A stretch of 64,000 nt of DNA from Acidiferrobacterales bacterium (GCA_019633985.1 JAHQWE010000088.1:12956-76955); one strand, 5' to 3'. Positions 30,539-39,643 are shown, numbered from the stretch's first letter. The notes: generated from the sequence alone by a model not told the origin. Numbers and translations: made by a program.

Positions 30539-32014
30539 ATGACACGACCAAACTTTCTTATCGTCCAGGCAGATCAATTGTCAGCTATGGTGCTTGGTGT
30601 TAGCGGTAACGCGGTTGCCGATACTCCACATCTGGACAGCTTGATGCAATCGTCAATGACGTTTCGCAATGCCTATTGTAATTTCCCGCTGTGTGCGCCG
30701 TCTCGGGTGGCGATGTTGACCGGCAGACTCTCCTCTCGATCTGCCGTCTATGATAATGCCTGCGCGTTGAATAGCGAGATACCCACTTATGCCCACTATT
30801 TACAGGCGGCCGGATATCACACCTGCTTAAGTGGGAAAATGCATTTTGTCGGGGCAGATCAATTGCATGGCTTCGAAGGGCGATTAACCACCGATATTTA
30901 TCCATCGGATTTTTACTGGACTGAAAATAAGCAGAGTCGTGATCCAAAACATAAATCCGATGATAGAGGCGTTACCTTGTCCGGGATTTGCGATCAGTCT
31001 GTACAGCTTGAATACGATGATCTGGTAATGCAGTGTGCAGTGGATAAGCTTACGCAATTGGGAAGCAATTCCACTGCACAACCCTGGTTGCTTCATGTGT
31101 CTCTCACCCACCCACATGATCCCTACTATTGTCGAGAAGAGCACTGGAATCGTTATACGGAAAATGACGTTTCTCTTCCAAGGGTCGGCCGGATTCCAAT
31201 CGATGAACTGGATGCTTTATCCCTTTTTATCAACGATCGCGCGGGACTCAACCGAGAATTTAGCGAAGCCGATATATTGCGCGCACGTCGCGGTTATTTG
31301 GGCTCAGTCAGCTATTTCGATGATCAATTGGGAAAACTGATCCAGACTCTGGAGCAAATTGGTCAAAGAGACAACACGGTCATTATTGTTACCAGCGATC
31401 ATGGTGAGATGCTGGGGGAACGCGGCATGTGGTACAAGCGCCACCATTTTGAATGGTCTGCCAAGATTCCACTGGTCATTTCCGCATACGGCGATCTGAA
31501 CTCCGGTGTTTGGGATGCCCCCGTTTCCCACGTCGATTTACTTCCTACGCTCCTGCAGCTTGCCGATGTCGACACATTGGTGGATTCCCTGGATGGTCAA
31601 AGCCTTCTTCAACCCACCGATGAAAACGTGGTCCTGGGCGAAAGCATGAGTGACGGAATAGATATGCCGGTTTTTATGGTTCGGCAACACCAATACAAGT
31701 TAATTTGCAGCGAGATGCAACCGGATATGCTGTATGACCTGTCGGTGGATGCTGATGAGTGCAACAACGTCGCCCAGCAATACCCCGACGTGGTTGCGCG
31801 GCTTAAAACCCATGTTGCTGACAATTGGCAATCGCAGTCTCTGCAAAAAGAGATTGATCAAAGCATTGCTCGACGACTGCTGATTCGACAAAGCCATCTA
31901 AAGGGTAAACCGCCCGAGTGGGACTACATGCCTGATCACCCAGACAACCACAAGTGGTGTCGCTCTGGATCCGATTACACTGCCTGGTCGACCTCAGTAC
32001 TCAACCCAAGGTAG
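30539..32014 (+). CDS. Sulfatase, choline-sulfatase (BetC)-like
   Basis: NFLIVQADQL and the formylglycine motif PLCAPSRVAMLTGR, plus SDHGEMLGERG. No signal peptide and ~490 aa, as in BetC. Confidence 0.75.
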   Translation: MTRPNFLIVQADQLSAMVLGVSGNAVADTPHLDSLMQSSMTFRNAYCNFPLCAPSRVAMLTGRLSSRSAVYDNACALNSEIPTYAHYLQAAGYHTCLSGKMHFVGADQLHGFEGRLTTDIYPSDFYWTENKQSRDPKHKSDDRGVTLSGICDQSVQLEYDDLVMQCAVDKLTQLGSNSTAQPWLLHVSLTHPHDPYYCREEHWNRYTENDVSLPRVGRIPIDELDALSLFINDRAGLNREFSEADILRARRGYLGSVSYFDDQLGKLIQTLEQIGQRDNTVIIVTSDHGEMLGERGMWYKRHHFEWSAKIPLVISAYGDLNSGVWDAPVSHVDLLPTLLQLADVDTLVDSLDGQSLLQPTDENVVLGESMSDGIDMPVFMVRQHQYKLICSEMQPDMLYDLSVDADECNNVAQQYPDVVARLKTHVADNWQSQSLQKEIDQSIARRLLIRQSHLKGKPPEWDYMPDHPDNHKWCRSGSDYTAWSTSVLNPR

Positions 32015-32039
32015 ATTTATTTCATCCTACAACGCATTC

Positions 32040-33479
32040 TTAGATAGCTTTCTGTTCATCAGCAGCTGCCTCGGCGCTGCTTTGAAGAATCCGCCAAAGT
32101 CGTTCGATATGCGCCCGTTCCGTGGATTCCACACCAATCGAAACCCGCACCATCCAGCGGCCATCGAGTATCGAGGGAGACATAAACGCCTCGCCGGATT
32201 GATTAATGCGATTAACCCAATTGAGCGTGTGTTGATCGAGGGCATCTCCTTCCAGCCCGGGCGGGGTGTGTCGAATACAAACGGTTTGCAAATTCACTGG
32301 TGACACTACGTTCCAGTGATCGGCACTTTCCACTTTTGTTGCGAACCACTTTGCGTTTTCAAGGTCTCGTCTCAAGCGTTCCCGTATCGCATCGATGCCG
32401 TCCAGCCGCAGGTGAAACCAGAGTTTCAAGGCGCGAAATCTTCTACCCAATGGAATACCCCAGTCTCGATACTGCGTAACTTCGCCATCCACCGTGGATC
32501 GCAAATAGCTGGGATTGGTCGACATTACGCGAATCAAATGCTGTGGATCCTTTACGTAAAAGAGCGAACAATCCAGTATCGTTCCCATCCACTTGTGGGG
32601 GTTCCAGGAAATAGAATCTGCCATTTCCACACCCTGCCATAACCCTCTGCACTCTGGCAGCAGCATGGCAGAGCCTGCCATTGCCGCATCAACGTGCAGC
32701 CACAGGTTTTCTTTATCGGCAATCCGAGCGAGTGCTTCAACGGGATCGACTGCGGTAACCCCCGTAGAACCAACAGACGCAATCACCGCGGCAGGCCTAT
32801 TGCCGGCTCTTCGATCAATTGCAATTTCTTCAGCAAGGGCCTCTGGATTCATGCTGCGATCAAGCGGATTCATTGCGACCATTCGCAGGTTATCCTTTCC
32901 GTAACCAGCGAGTAGCGCAGCTTTTGTAATCGAGGAATGTGCTTCCTCGGTTGTATAGATCACCAGCGGCTTCTCTTCGCTTTGAAGACCGCCTTTGGTT
33001 TCTGAATATTGGGTCGCCTTTTCTCTTGCCAGAATCAACCCGGTAAGACACGCCGTAGAAGCGGTATCGTGAATCGTTCCTTCCCACTGTTCTGATAATC
33101 CGGTTAACTGCCTCAGCCAGTCACATACCACTTCCTCCACTTCGGTGAGTGCCGGACAGCTTTCCCAGGATATACCCAATGTGCCCAACCCTGAACTGGC
33201 AATATCTCCCAAAACCGAAGCCAAAGAAGCGTTGGACGGAAACCAGCCATAGTGCATCGGGTGCTGAACCTGTGTGATTCCAGGCACAACAATCGATTCC
33301 AGGTCTGCCATAACTGCTTCAAGAGAATCGGGGCGTGATGGCGGTATTACTGATAGCGCTTGCCTCACCTCTCCAGGGGCGACCTGGGCACGGACGGGCA
33401 GCTGATCAATTCGCTGCCGGTAATCACTGATCCAATCGATGAGGGCATGCCCTGCGACACGAAACTCTTCTGGGGTCAT
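32040..33479 (-). CDS. Pyridoxal-phosphate-dependent aromatic L-amino-acid/tyrosine decarboxylase (group II)
   Basis: HPMHYGWFPS, HVDAAMAGSA and SWNPHKWMG (PLP lysine). Confidence 0.85.
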   Translation of the reverse strand: MTPEEFRVAGHALIDWISDYRQRIDQLPVRAQVAPGEVRQALSVIPPSRPDSLEAVMADLESIVVPGITQVQHPMHYGWFPSNASLASVLGDIASSGLGTLGISWESCPALTEVEEVVCDWLRQLTGLSEQWEGTIHDTASTACLTGLILAREKATQYSETKGGLQSEEKPLVIYTTEEAHSSITKAALLAGYGKDNLRMVAMNPLDRSMNPEALAEEIAIDRRAGNRPAAVIASVGSTGVTAVDPVEALARIADKENLWLHVDAAMAGSAMLLPECRGLWQGVEMADSISWNPHKWMGTILDCSLFYVKDPQHLIRVMSTNPSYLRSTVDGEVTQYRDWGIPLGRRFRALKLWFHLRLDGIDAIRERLRRDLENAKWFATKVESADHWNVVSPVNLQTVCIRHTPPGLEGDALDQHTLNWVNRINQSGEAFMSPSILDGRWMVRVSIGVESTERAHIERLWRILQSSAEAAADEQKAI

Positions 33480-33538
33480 AGTTCTCAGTTTTTAAATTTA
33501 ATGCATTTCAAAGACGACTCAGATGGAACGAAGAGCCC

Positions 33539-34063
33539 TCACAACTTTGCAACCGCAGCCGCCAGCAATAGTCTGGAGTACAGTTTATGAAACCCAAGCA
33601 GTCGTTGATAAACTTTGCCAATTTGTCTTTGTCCGTTCTCAAGCTCTTCAGTCGGGACAATGGCTGTACCAAAATAGAGTTTGGTACGACTGGTGTTATT
33701 CGCTAGATCTGGTTCGACCATCAACCAGGATCGCGTCCGTTTTATGCAATCACACATAAGCAATTGATTGCTCTCGCGTTGTTCCACCGTCCAGGCGGAA
33801 AAGTGATCCAGATGGCCTTCAGCCAGTTCCTTGGCTTGTGAATCACTGGATGGTTTATCGATCCCTATTTTCAAAATGACTCTTTCGATTTTAAAAAGAA
33901 AGGAAGTGTAAAAGGCGATGACAAACTCAGGATGCGAGGCCTGTCTGTCAATGACTATGGAAAAACAATCGGTATACGCCCCTGGCAGAGTACGGTACGA
34001 CTCAAGAAGCGTTTGTCCTGGCAATATGTCTGCTTTTACCGCAAAAAACCGCTTCATTGCCAA
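33539..34063 (-). CDS. Hypothetical protein, translationally coupled between the dioxygenase and decarboxylase genes
   Basis: 174-aa ORF. Its start overlaps the upstream gene's end by 10 nt. No family recognised. Confidence 0.55.
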   Translation of the reverse strand: MAMKRFFAVKADILPGQTLLESYRTLPGAYTDCFSIVIDRQASHPEFVIAFYTSFLFKIERVILKIGIDKPSSDSQAKELAEGHLDHFSAWTVEQRESNQLLMCDCIKRTRSWLMVEPDLANNTSRTKLYFGTAIVPTEELENGQRQIGKVYQRLLGFHKLYSRLLLAAAVAKL

Positions 34064-34839
34064 AGAAAATTGCTAACTTTTCTTCCCATTATTTCGAATT
34101 GATCCGCTTCGGTCGCTGATCTACCTGCCGCGCCATAACAAACATGCAGTGGCAACAGATGCTCCTCTCTGGGATGGCAAAACCGCGCCCCAGGTGCAGA
34201 TTCCCAATCGATTAGTCGACTCGCTCTCTCTACTTCCCCCATATCGGGACTGGTCACAGTATGATTTATCCACTCTTCAAACTGCAAATTCTCTTCGACC
34301 GATTGCTCATTGACACCAAAGCCTTTGAGGTTATGAAAAGACAAACCCGAACCCAGTATCAACAAGTTTCGATCGTCGAGATGGGACAACGCCTCCCCCA
34401 TCTTGAGGTGCGATTCAGAACTGAGAGACTTCAGCAGTGACAGCTGCACACAGGGAATATCCGCCGCCGGGTACATCAATTTCAGTGGCACAAACAAGCC
34501 ATGATCAAAATCCCTGTCGTCGTCCAGTGCCGGATTCAATCCAGCCTGGGTCAATACGGAAAATATGTCGTTTGCCAATTGTGGCGCTCCCAGCGCGGGA
34601 TATTGAATCTCATAAGCTTCAGCTGGGAAACCATAATAGTCATACAGTAGTGAAGGTGCGGCAGCATTGGTTACAGTAGGTACTTGCAGTTCCCAATGAG
34701 CACTAACTACGACAATCGCATCAGGTTTGCCGATGGTCTTCGCCAGACGTTTCAGGGCTGCCACCATTTCGACATGTCCCTGATCACCCAATAGTGGCAG
34801 TGGTCCGCCACCATGGGCGATATATGCGACTTTATTCAA
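34054..34839 (-). CDS. Class III extradiol ring-cleavage dioxygenase, 4,5-DOPA dioxygenase (YgiD/DODA)-like
   Basis: YIAHGGGPLPLL, IVVVSAHWE, DFDHGLFVPLKLMYP, GSGLSFHNL and REEHLLPL are collinear with the YgiD-type metal and active-site residues. Confidence 0.8.
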   Translation of the reverse strand: MNKVAYIAHGGGPLPLLGDQGHVEMVAALKRLAKTIGKPDAIVVVSAHWELQVPTVTNAAAPSLLYDYYGFPAEAYEIQYPALGAPQLANDIFSVLTQAGLNPALDDDRDFDHGLFVPLKLMYPAADIPCVQLSLLKSLSSESHLKMGEALSHLDDRNLLILGSGLSFHNLKGFGVNEQSVEENLQFEEWINHTVTSPDMGEVERASRLIDWESAPGARFCHPREEHLLPLHVCYGAAGRSATEADQFEIMGRKVSNFLWQ

Positions 34840-35021
34840 AACTCAATCCACCAAGTAAATTGGAGAATTATACAATTCCTGCAATCGTATACAGCGTCTA
34901 CCGCGATTGAATAACAGAATCCCAGTATTGATCTATCATTTTCCGGGAAACACTGGCTTTTCGCGATCATTCACCACTTTTGTTATAGTGTCGTACCAGC
35001 AAAGCATAAAGGAGAGTTTCT

Positions 35022-35357
35022 ATGTCGAATCTGCACATATTGGAACACGTGATTGCCACCAGCCTGGAGCCGATGTATCAGGAAGCAGAGGAAAAAGGCC
35101 TCTGGTTTTTCCATATCACCGATGATGGAGAAGAAATCTGGTGCTCGCCTGGTTATCTGAAAGCGGAGCAACGCGAAGGTAGGCTCATCATTGCACCGGA
35201 ACACTGGGAACTGCGCGATCCAGCCGGATATATGAGCAAACTGGTAAACGACTGCCAGGGTATTGTGGATGAATACAACCAAATGGCGAAACGCCTGAAA
35301 ATAGAAGAGACCCTCGAGCTGGTTTCACATTCCACCAATCCTGCAGATAGCAGATAA
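35022..35357 (+). CDS. Hypothetical small acidic protein
   Basis: 111-aa ORF in a gap not otherwise coding, with a GGAG-like sequence (aaaggagag) 8 nt upstream of the ATG. No motif recognised. Confidence 0.45.
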   Translation: MSNLHILEHVIATSLEPMYQEAEEKGLWFFHITDDGEEIWCSPGYLKAEQREGRLIIAPEHWELRDPAGYMSKLVNDCQGIVDEYNQMAKRLKIEETLELVSHSTNPADSR

Positions 35358-35468
35358 ATTCCAAAGCCACGGTCGCAGCGGTGAGATAGAGTCGCGTTTC
35401 CTTGCCCTACTCTTGCGCCAGTTCGAACCTCTTCGATCGCAGACCTTCTAATTCGTGCACCCGTGCGC

Positions 35469-36389
35469 CTAAGTTCGCGAGCGGGAAAATCGCTTTAGCA
35501 ACCTACCATCCGTTGCCACCAGCCCCATTGCAATGAACCCCAGTCCGAGGAATTCGTACAATCCCAATGCTTCCTGTAAAAAAATCGTGCCTAAAATAAT
35601 CGCGCTGGCAGGCACAATCAACGTCACCAATGAGAGATTCGTTGCTCCACCCGTCGACAGTATGCGAAAGAATAAAATGTAGGCGAGTGCGGTACAAACC
35701 ACTGCTAATCCCAGCACTGACCATAGGACTGGCGAGGAATATGTCTGTGGCTGGATTGTCGGATCAAGCAACAAAACGGCAGGTAACATAATGAGACTGG
35801 ATCCGGACAATTGCCCCATCGCAACTCGAACGGGCCCGACTCCCATCCGCGCAAACCGTCTTCCAAACACTCCCGCGAATGCGTATGAAACAGCTGCACC
35901 TAGGCAAGCAATCATTGGTAGCGGTGGATTGGAAACATCGCCAGATAGTCCCGAACCGAGCATTACCGCTACTCCAAAAAAGCCCAGAAAGATACCGAGT
36001 AGACGATGCCAGTTAATCTTTTCGTCCGAAGTAAAAAGATGGGCCACCAATACGGTAAATATGGGTGTAGTGGCGTTCAGTATGGACGCGAGACCGCTGG
36101 CAATATGTATCTGCCCCCAAAACAGCAAACTGAACGGGATGACGTTGTTGATCAACCCCATCACTAGAAACGCACTCCAAATTTTCCAGCCAATTGGGAA
36201 ATTTCTTCCCGTCATTTTTAAGTAAGTGATCAGAATCAGTGCGGCAACGCTCACACGGTAAAACACTAAAGTCAAAGGTGGGACTTCTGAAACAGCTACC
36301 TTCGCAAGGAAAAATGAACCACCCCAAATGATTCCCAAAGCGAACAGCATTAACCATTCAGTCATTCCCAGGCTTGGTGTTGGCTTCAT
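35469..36389 (-). CDS. EamA/DMT family transporter
   Basis: Start taken at ATG 36389 (MKPTPSLGMTEWLMLFALGIIWGGSFF). 10 hydrophobic segments. Confidence 0.75.
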   Translation of the reverse strand: MKPTPSLGMTEWLMLFALGIIWGGSFFLAKVAVSEVPPLTLVFYRVSVAALILITYLKMTGRNFPIGWKIWSAFLVMGLINNVIPFSLLFWGQIHIASGLASILNATTPIFTVLVAHLFTSDEKINWHRLLGIFLGFFGVAVMLGSGLSGDVSNPPLPMIACLGAAVSYAFAGVFGRRFARMGVGPVRVAMGQLSGSSLIMLPAVLLLDPTIQPQTYSSPVLWSVLGLAVVCTALAYILFFRILSTGGATNLSLVTLIVPASAIILGTIFLQEALGLYEFLGLGFIAMGLVATDGRLLKRFSRSRT

Positions 36390-36707
36390 GTTGTCTAAAT
36401 TGGAAACGTTATTGAGAGTTGGAGGTCGGAGTCGCAAAGGCAACATAAAACAAACCATTTGCGGAAATCACAGTGCAGTATCATTGTTATCGGTCAGCAC
36501 TCAATATCTGATGCAAAGTGACATCGCAGAGGCCAGCAACTCAGAATGGCGTGGTGGCTCCAATCGGTCAGAGACAATCACAATTGGTAGATGTTTTCTT
36601 TCAATTTGTCACTCGTCTTGATGAGTTTAAGGGCTAACAACCCATCACGAAAATCTTAGATTACCTCGAATCGATTCATTCAGCTGGCTAATTTCGGCCG
36701 CGAATAG

Positions 36708-36743
36708 ACAAATAAAAATCAATTCATCGTTGGAGATCGATGA
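36708..36743 (-). terminator. Weak candidate rho-independent terminator after the Rieske-like gene
   Basis: 6-bp stem TCATCG/CGATGA with an 8-nt loop. On the minus strand it is followed by AATTGATTTTTATTTG. Confidence 0.3.
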
Positions 36744-36769
36744 CGAACGGGTTTTTTAAGAGATTGTTT

Positions 36770-37510
36770 TTAACAAGAAACAGTATTGCTGGAATATAAA
36801 TCATGAGGCACCGCCAATGTCTGATCACTTACGGAAGCCCGAACATCAACGACTTTGTGATCTAACGCTAGTCGGAAACCAAATTTTTCAAAAAAAGAGT
36901 CGTATAGTTCACCGCCCCGTGTTCCCGTCGCATAATATCTGTCCGTTGAAGACTCGTATTCAAGCTCCACAGCGGCAAGTGGTTGAGTGGCAGGACCGCC
37001 AAGAACTTCAGCGCCATTCGCTGGATCATATGCGCTGCGTTCAGAACAGCAGTAGATTAACTGTCGCTGCTCCAGTGTTCCCTGGTTGTGACTGACAAAC
37101 CGGACCTTTTCAGAACGGTAATTAAGAAAACTCATTGTTTTAGTCGGATAGCTCAGCTTATGGGTGCAAATTGCTGAGAACGCGACGATTTGGTTTTCTG
37201 GCCCTGCCCCGCCTTGCCAGGTATAACTGCCCTGTGTTGCAGATTGCAAAGTCCTCCCGGCTATCAGCGGCTTTCCGAGATTAACCAAAAAGCACGGAGT
37301 CGTCACAAAAGGATAGTGAAAGATAAAAGGTTTATCTGCCTTGAGAGCGTTACTCCCAATGGGCTCCCCATTCTCATCGACAATCAATGATCGATGATAA
37401 CTTCTCACCGGTGCACTGGAGGCCAACAAGCGAGGATTAGCCGCGACAGCGGAGGCCGCGGTTACGCAGGTTTTTACAAATGTCCTGCGCGTTGAATTTA
37501 ATTTTTCCAT
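36770..37510 (-). CDS. Tat-exported Rieske-fold protein with non-canonical cluster-ligand positions
   Basis: MEKLNSTRRTFVKTCVTAASAVA is a twin-arginine signal. Box I is CTH. Box II reads CCSERSAYD where CPCHGSxFD is expected, followed by GGPATQPL. Start taken at ATG 37510; the track start at 37525 is TTG. Confidence 0.7.
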   Translation of the reverse strand: MEKLNSTRRTFVKTCVTAASAVAANPRLLASSAPVRSYHRSLIVDENGEPIGSNALKADKPFIFHYPFVTTPCFLVNLGKPLIAGRTLQSATQGSYTWQGGAGPENQIVAFSAICTHKLSYPTKTMSFLNYRSEKVRFVSHNQGTLEQRQLIYCCSERSAYDPANGAEVLGGPATQPLAAVELEYESSTDRYYATGTRGGELYDSFFEKFGFRLALDHKVVDVRASVSDQTLAVPHDLYSSNTVSC

Positions 37511-37515
37511 CTTCT

Positions 37516-38289
37516 CTATATCCAATGGAGGTACTGCGGGAGTGAGAGATCAACTGACTCTCCTGTGTCCATTTTAATCATACATGCGGCGTCTTCATAA
37601 ACCCCTGTTTGGGAACCAGATATCTCAGAGCCATCCAATAGCAATATATTGCTCAACTCTTTTTTCTCTGATCTGGTCTTCCAAAATGCCAGAATATGAT
37701 CGAATCCACGTTCGTCCCAGTTGTTAATTTCGGTGATGAATTGCCTTGCCCAGGTTTCAAGCAGCAGCTCGCGAGTGATATCACTATTGCCTTCAGCTTC
37801 TCTCACACTCATGGTCGCGAGTGAGAAATCGCCGTCATCATCTCCCGGTGCATGCATTAAGTTCACGGACACTGTGAGGGTCAACCATGGTCCTTCGGCA
37901 GATTTACCCTTATCAAGCCACACACTGGCAACCTTTTGACCTGCGATATATACGTCGTTCGGCCAGCGATACGTCAGTGAAGTCATTGGTGCTACATGGG
38001 TAGCCAGACTTGCTCCCAGACTGACCACCCCGAGTATCAAGATTTCGTGGAATCGCTCAGCGGGGAATTCCGGTTGCAGTATGAGTGAGAAATGCAGGTT
38101 TTCTGAAAAGCCCTGCCATTGTTTGTGCTGATAGCCCTCGGCCGCTGAAAGATTCGATGCAACCAATAGTGTGCCTTCTTCCACACCGGTGTCTGCGATA
38201 GCAGCCGAAGTACTTCTTAAGCATTCTACCTCCCCTACCTCTCTGAGGACGTATGCCGCCGGTAGCGATAGAGATTCTTCGAGTAGCAT
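37516..38289 (-). CDS. Biotin/lipoate protein ligase (BPL_LplA_LipB) fold protein with a degenerate nucleotide loop
   Basis: Aligns with the BirA catalytic core: YRWPNDVYIAGQKVASV vs KWPNDLYLQDRKLAGIL. BirA GRGRRGRKW is AEGYQHKQW here. ATG at 38289, 7 nt after the ankyrin gene's stop. Confidence 0.65.
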   Translation of the reverse strand: MLLEESLSLPAAYVLREVGEVECLRSTSAAIADTGVEEGTLLVASNLSAAEGYQHKQWQGFSENLHFSLILQPEFPAERFHEILILGVVSLGASLATHVAPMTSLTYRWPNDVYIAGQKVASVWLDKGKSAEGPWLTLTVSVNLMHAPGDDDGDFSLATMSVREAEGNSDITRELLLETWARQFITEINNWDERGFDHILAFWKTRSEKKELSNILLLDGSEISGSQTGVYEDAACMIKMDTGESVDLSLPQYLHWI

Positions 38290-38296
38290 CGTTCCG

Positions 38297-39025
38297 TTAA
38301 TCCTCGGATGCGTGCAATAACCTTGCCACGCTTCCATGTCCTCTCTCAGCAGCGTAATTGAGAGGTGTTCTCCCATCCGCATCTTTGAGATTGATATCAG
38401 CGCCGCCTGTAATCAAAATCCGCGCGACTTCCAGCCAACCCTGCGAAGCCGCGTGATGCAGCGCCGTCGCACCTTGATCGTCTAAAGCATTTACATCCAC
38501 TCCATCTGTGTTTACTAGCTTATCTACTACCCCGGTTTTGTTTTGATACGCCGCCCTGTGCAACGGTGTCCATTGATAAACGTCACGAGTATCCACTGAT
38601 GCACCGGCGTCGATCAAGCGCGATGTCGCATCAACATGCCCTTTGGCGGCGGCGATCATCAGCGCACCCCAGCCATTGCTGCCACGAAGGTTGATATCCA
38701 CCTTTCGCATTAAAAACAGCTCGATCGTATCGAGGTCACCGCTAATGGCCGCAAACATAATTGGTGTACCACCATTCTTATTCTTGAACGAAGGGTCTGC
38801 CCCTTTATTTAAGAGTTGCTCCACAAGGGAAGCCTTGCCAGCCTTTGCGGCTACCATAAGAGCGTTTTTACCAGTGTGATCGGCCACATCAATATTGTCG
38901 ATGTTCCCAGACAGGCTGGCAATTCCATCGAGATCACCATTCGAAATAGCACGAATCATTTCCTGCTCACTGGAAAGTGCGGAAAAGCTCAGCACACAGA
39001 GTAAAAATCCGAAGAATAATTTCAT
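38297..39025 (-). CDS. Secreted ankyrin-repeat protein
   Basis: Signal peptide MKLFFGFLLCVLSFSALS, then about six repeats with G-TPL/ALM-AA--GH-----LL--GAD periodicity. Confidence 0.85.
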   Translation of the reverse strand: MKLFFGFLLCVLSFSALSSEQEMIRAISNGDLDGIASLSGNIDNIDVADHTGKNALMVAAKAGKASLVEQLLNKGADPSFKNKNGGTPIMFAAISGDLDTIELFLMRKVDINLRGSNGWGALMIAAAKGHVDATSRLIDAGASVDTRDVYQWTPLHRAAYQNKTGVVDKLVNTDGVDVNALDDQGATALHHAASQGWLEVARILITGGADINLKDADGRTPLNYAAERGHGSVARLLHASED

Positions 39026-39558
39026 TGTTTATCAAGCTTCTCCTCACCGGAAATATGCGATGCATAATTTCCAGTGACTGCCTTAAGCGCGGCCATTGCA
39101 TCGTAACGCCCAGATAATCGAATCATGGCATCATGACTCACCGCGTCATCGAGAATGGAGCGATAACCCTCGCGTTCCTGATCCCGTAGCACCACCTGTT
39201 GACTATGAATAACGTGGTATGCGCCGTCAGCGAAGTAGAAAGGGAGATGGGATTGGTTCGCCAGATAGTTCAGCGTTTCAAATTGAACGTTGCCAATACC
39301 AGGCAGGATCAATACCTCCCCCGCCAGGGGTGTAGCAAGCCCGGTCATTACCTCAAATCGTAGCATCACCACAGCGGCGGTATCTTGCTCGATTAAATCT
39401 GCTTCCAATGCGATGGGTAACGGCTGCTGTGTGTGCAGCAGAACCTTCCTATCCTGCTCACATTCTTTGCCACCTAATTCAAAGAACACTGCAGACTGCC
39501 AAACTGTGTCGTCCATTTCAATTGGCAGGCAGGTCGTCATCGCACGACTGCTGCGCAT
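39022..39558 (-). CDS. Hypothetical cytoplasmic protein, first gene of the four-gene module
   Basis: Open frame 39022..39591. The stop overlaps the ankyrin start (ATGA). The start is uncertain: GTG 39591, ATG 39558 or ATG 39540, none with a good SD. Confidence 0.5.
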   Translation of the reverse strand: MRSSRAMTTCLPIEMDDTVWQSAVFFELGGKECEQDRKVLLHTQQPLPIALEADLIEQDTAAVVMLRFEVMTGLATPLAGEVLILPGIGNVQFETLNYLANQSHLPFYFADGAYHVIHSQQVVLRDQEREGYRSILDDAVSHDAMIRLSGRYDAMAALKAVTGNYASHISGEEKLDKQ

Positions 39559-39643
39559 ACTTTTAATTATCGAGGAGGGGAAACGATCCACGGGAAATTA
39601 GAAATTAATTAAGAACATCAATGTGAAGTGCCTTGCCCCATTC

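Noticed and set aside
20304-36389. Four EamA/DMT-type transporter genes (20304..21233, 24644..25570, 29479..30366, 35469..36389), considered as a possible amplified family or island.
   Set aside because: They are dispersed, differently oriented and not obviously similar to one another at the sequence level. EamA genes are simply abundant in proteobacterial genomes.
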